Of a stretch of 64,000 bases of DNA, positions 63,861-64,000 are shown piece after piece. The notes under the pieces are model-generated. The model ran no database searches and was not told where the DNA came from. It saw only the letters and a list, made by a program, of their open reading frames with translations. The DNA comes from the human T2T-CHM13v2.0 reference genome, Homo sapiens. How positions within the stretch are numbered: position 1 is the first letter of the stretch; every line of letters begins with the position of its first letter. The stretch lies in NCBI RefSeq assembly GCF_009914755.1, contig NC_060937.1. One strand, written 5' to 3'. A program made the position numbers and the translations under genes.

Positions 63861-64000
63861 TAGTAACTGCTGTGTCAGAGCTCAGTTCTTAAAATGATAA
63901 AAGTTTATCTCTTGCTTTAACTGTGGGCTCCACTCAGTTTGTGACCCACAGTGACAGAGAAGACACCATCTCAATTGCTAGTCGCAATTTTATCCAGAAG

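Overview
Primate, most likely human, genomic DNA (AluY, AluS, AluJ and an LTR12C solo LTR are present). The window is moderately GC-rich and dense in minisatellites and MaLR LTRs, which resembles a distal or subtelomeric intergenic or large-intron region. I could not identify the locus. I found no supportable protein-coding gene, tRNA, rRNA or CRISPR array. The long ORFs are artefacts of tandem or low-complexity repeats. The only protein-like sequences are transposon fossils: ERVL integrase, a MULE (Ricksha) transposase C-terminus, a PGBD4-like N-terminus in MER75, L1 ORF2 and L3/CR1 RT. The most notable structures are: (1) a ~420-bp inverted copy of nearby sequence inserted inside a MaLR LTR; (2) a Ricksha MULE transposon carrying an ERVL 3' fragment fused to its transposase remnant; (3) VNTRs that multiply transcription-factor-like motifs (split RE1/REST-like, E-box, kB-like palindrome); and (4) several AT-rich, repeat-free blocks with developmental-enhancer-like motif clusters. 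I do not see evidence for a wholly new biological system. Repeat subfamily names come from recalled consensus sequences, not a database search.
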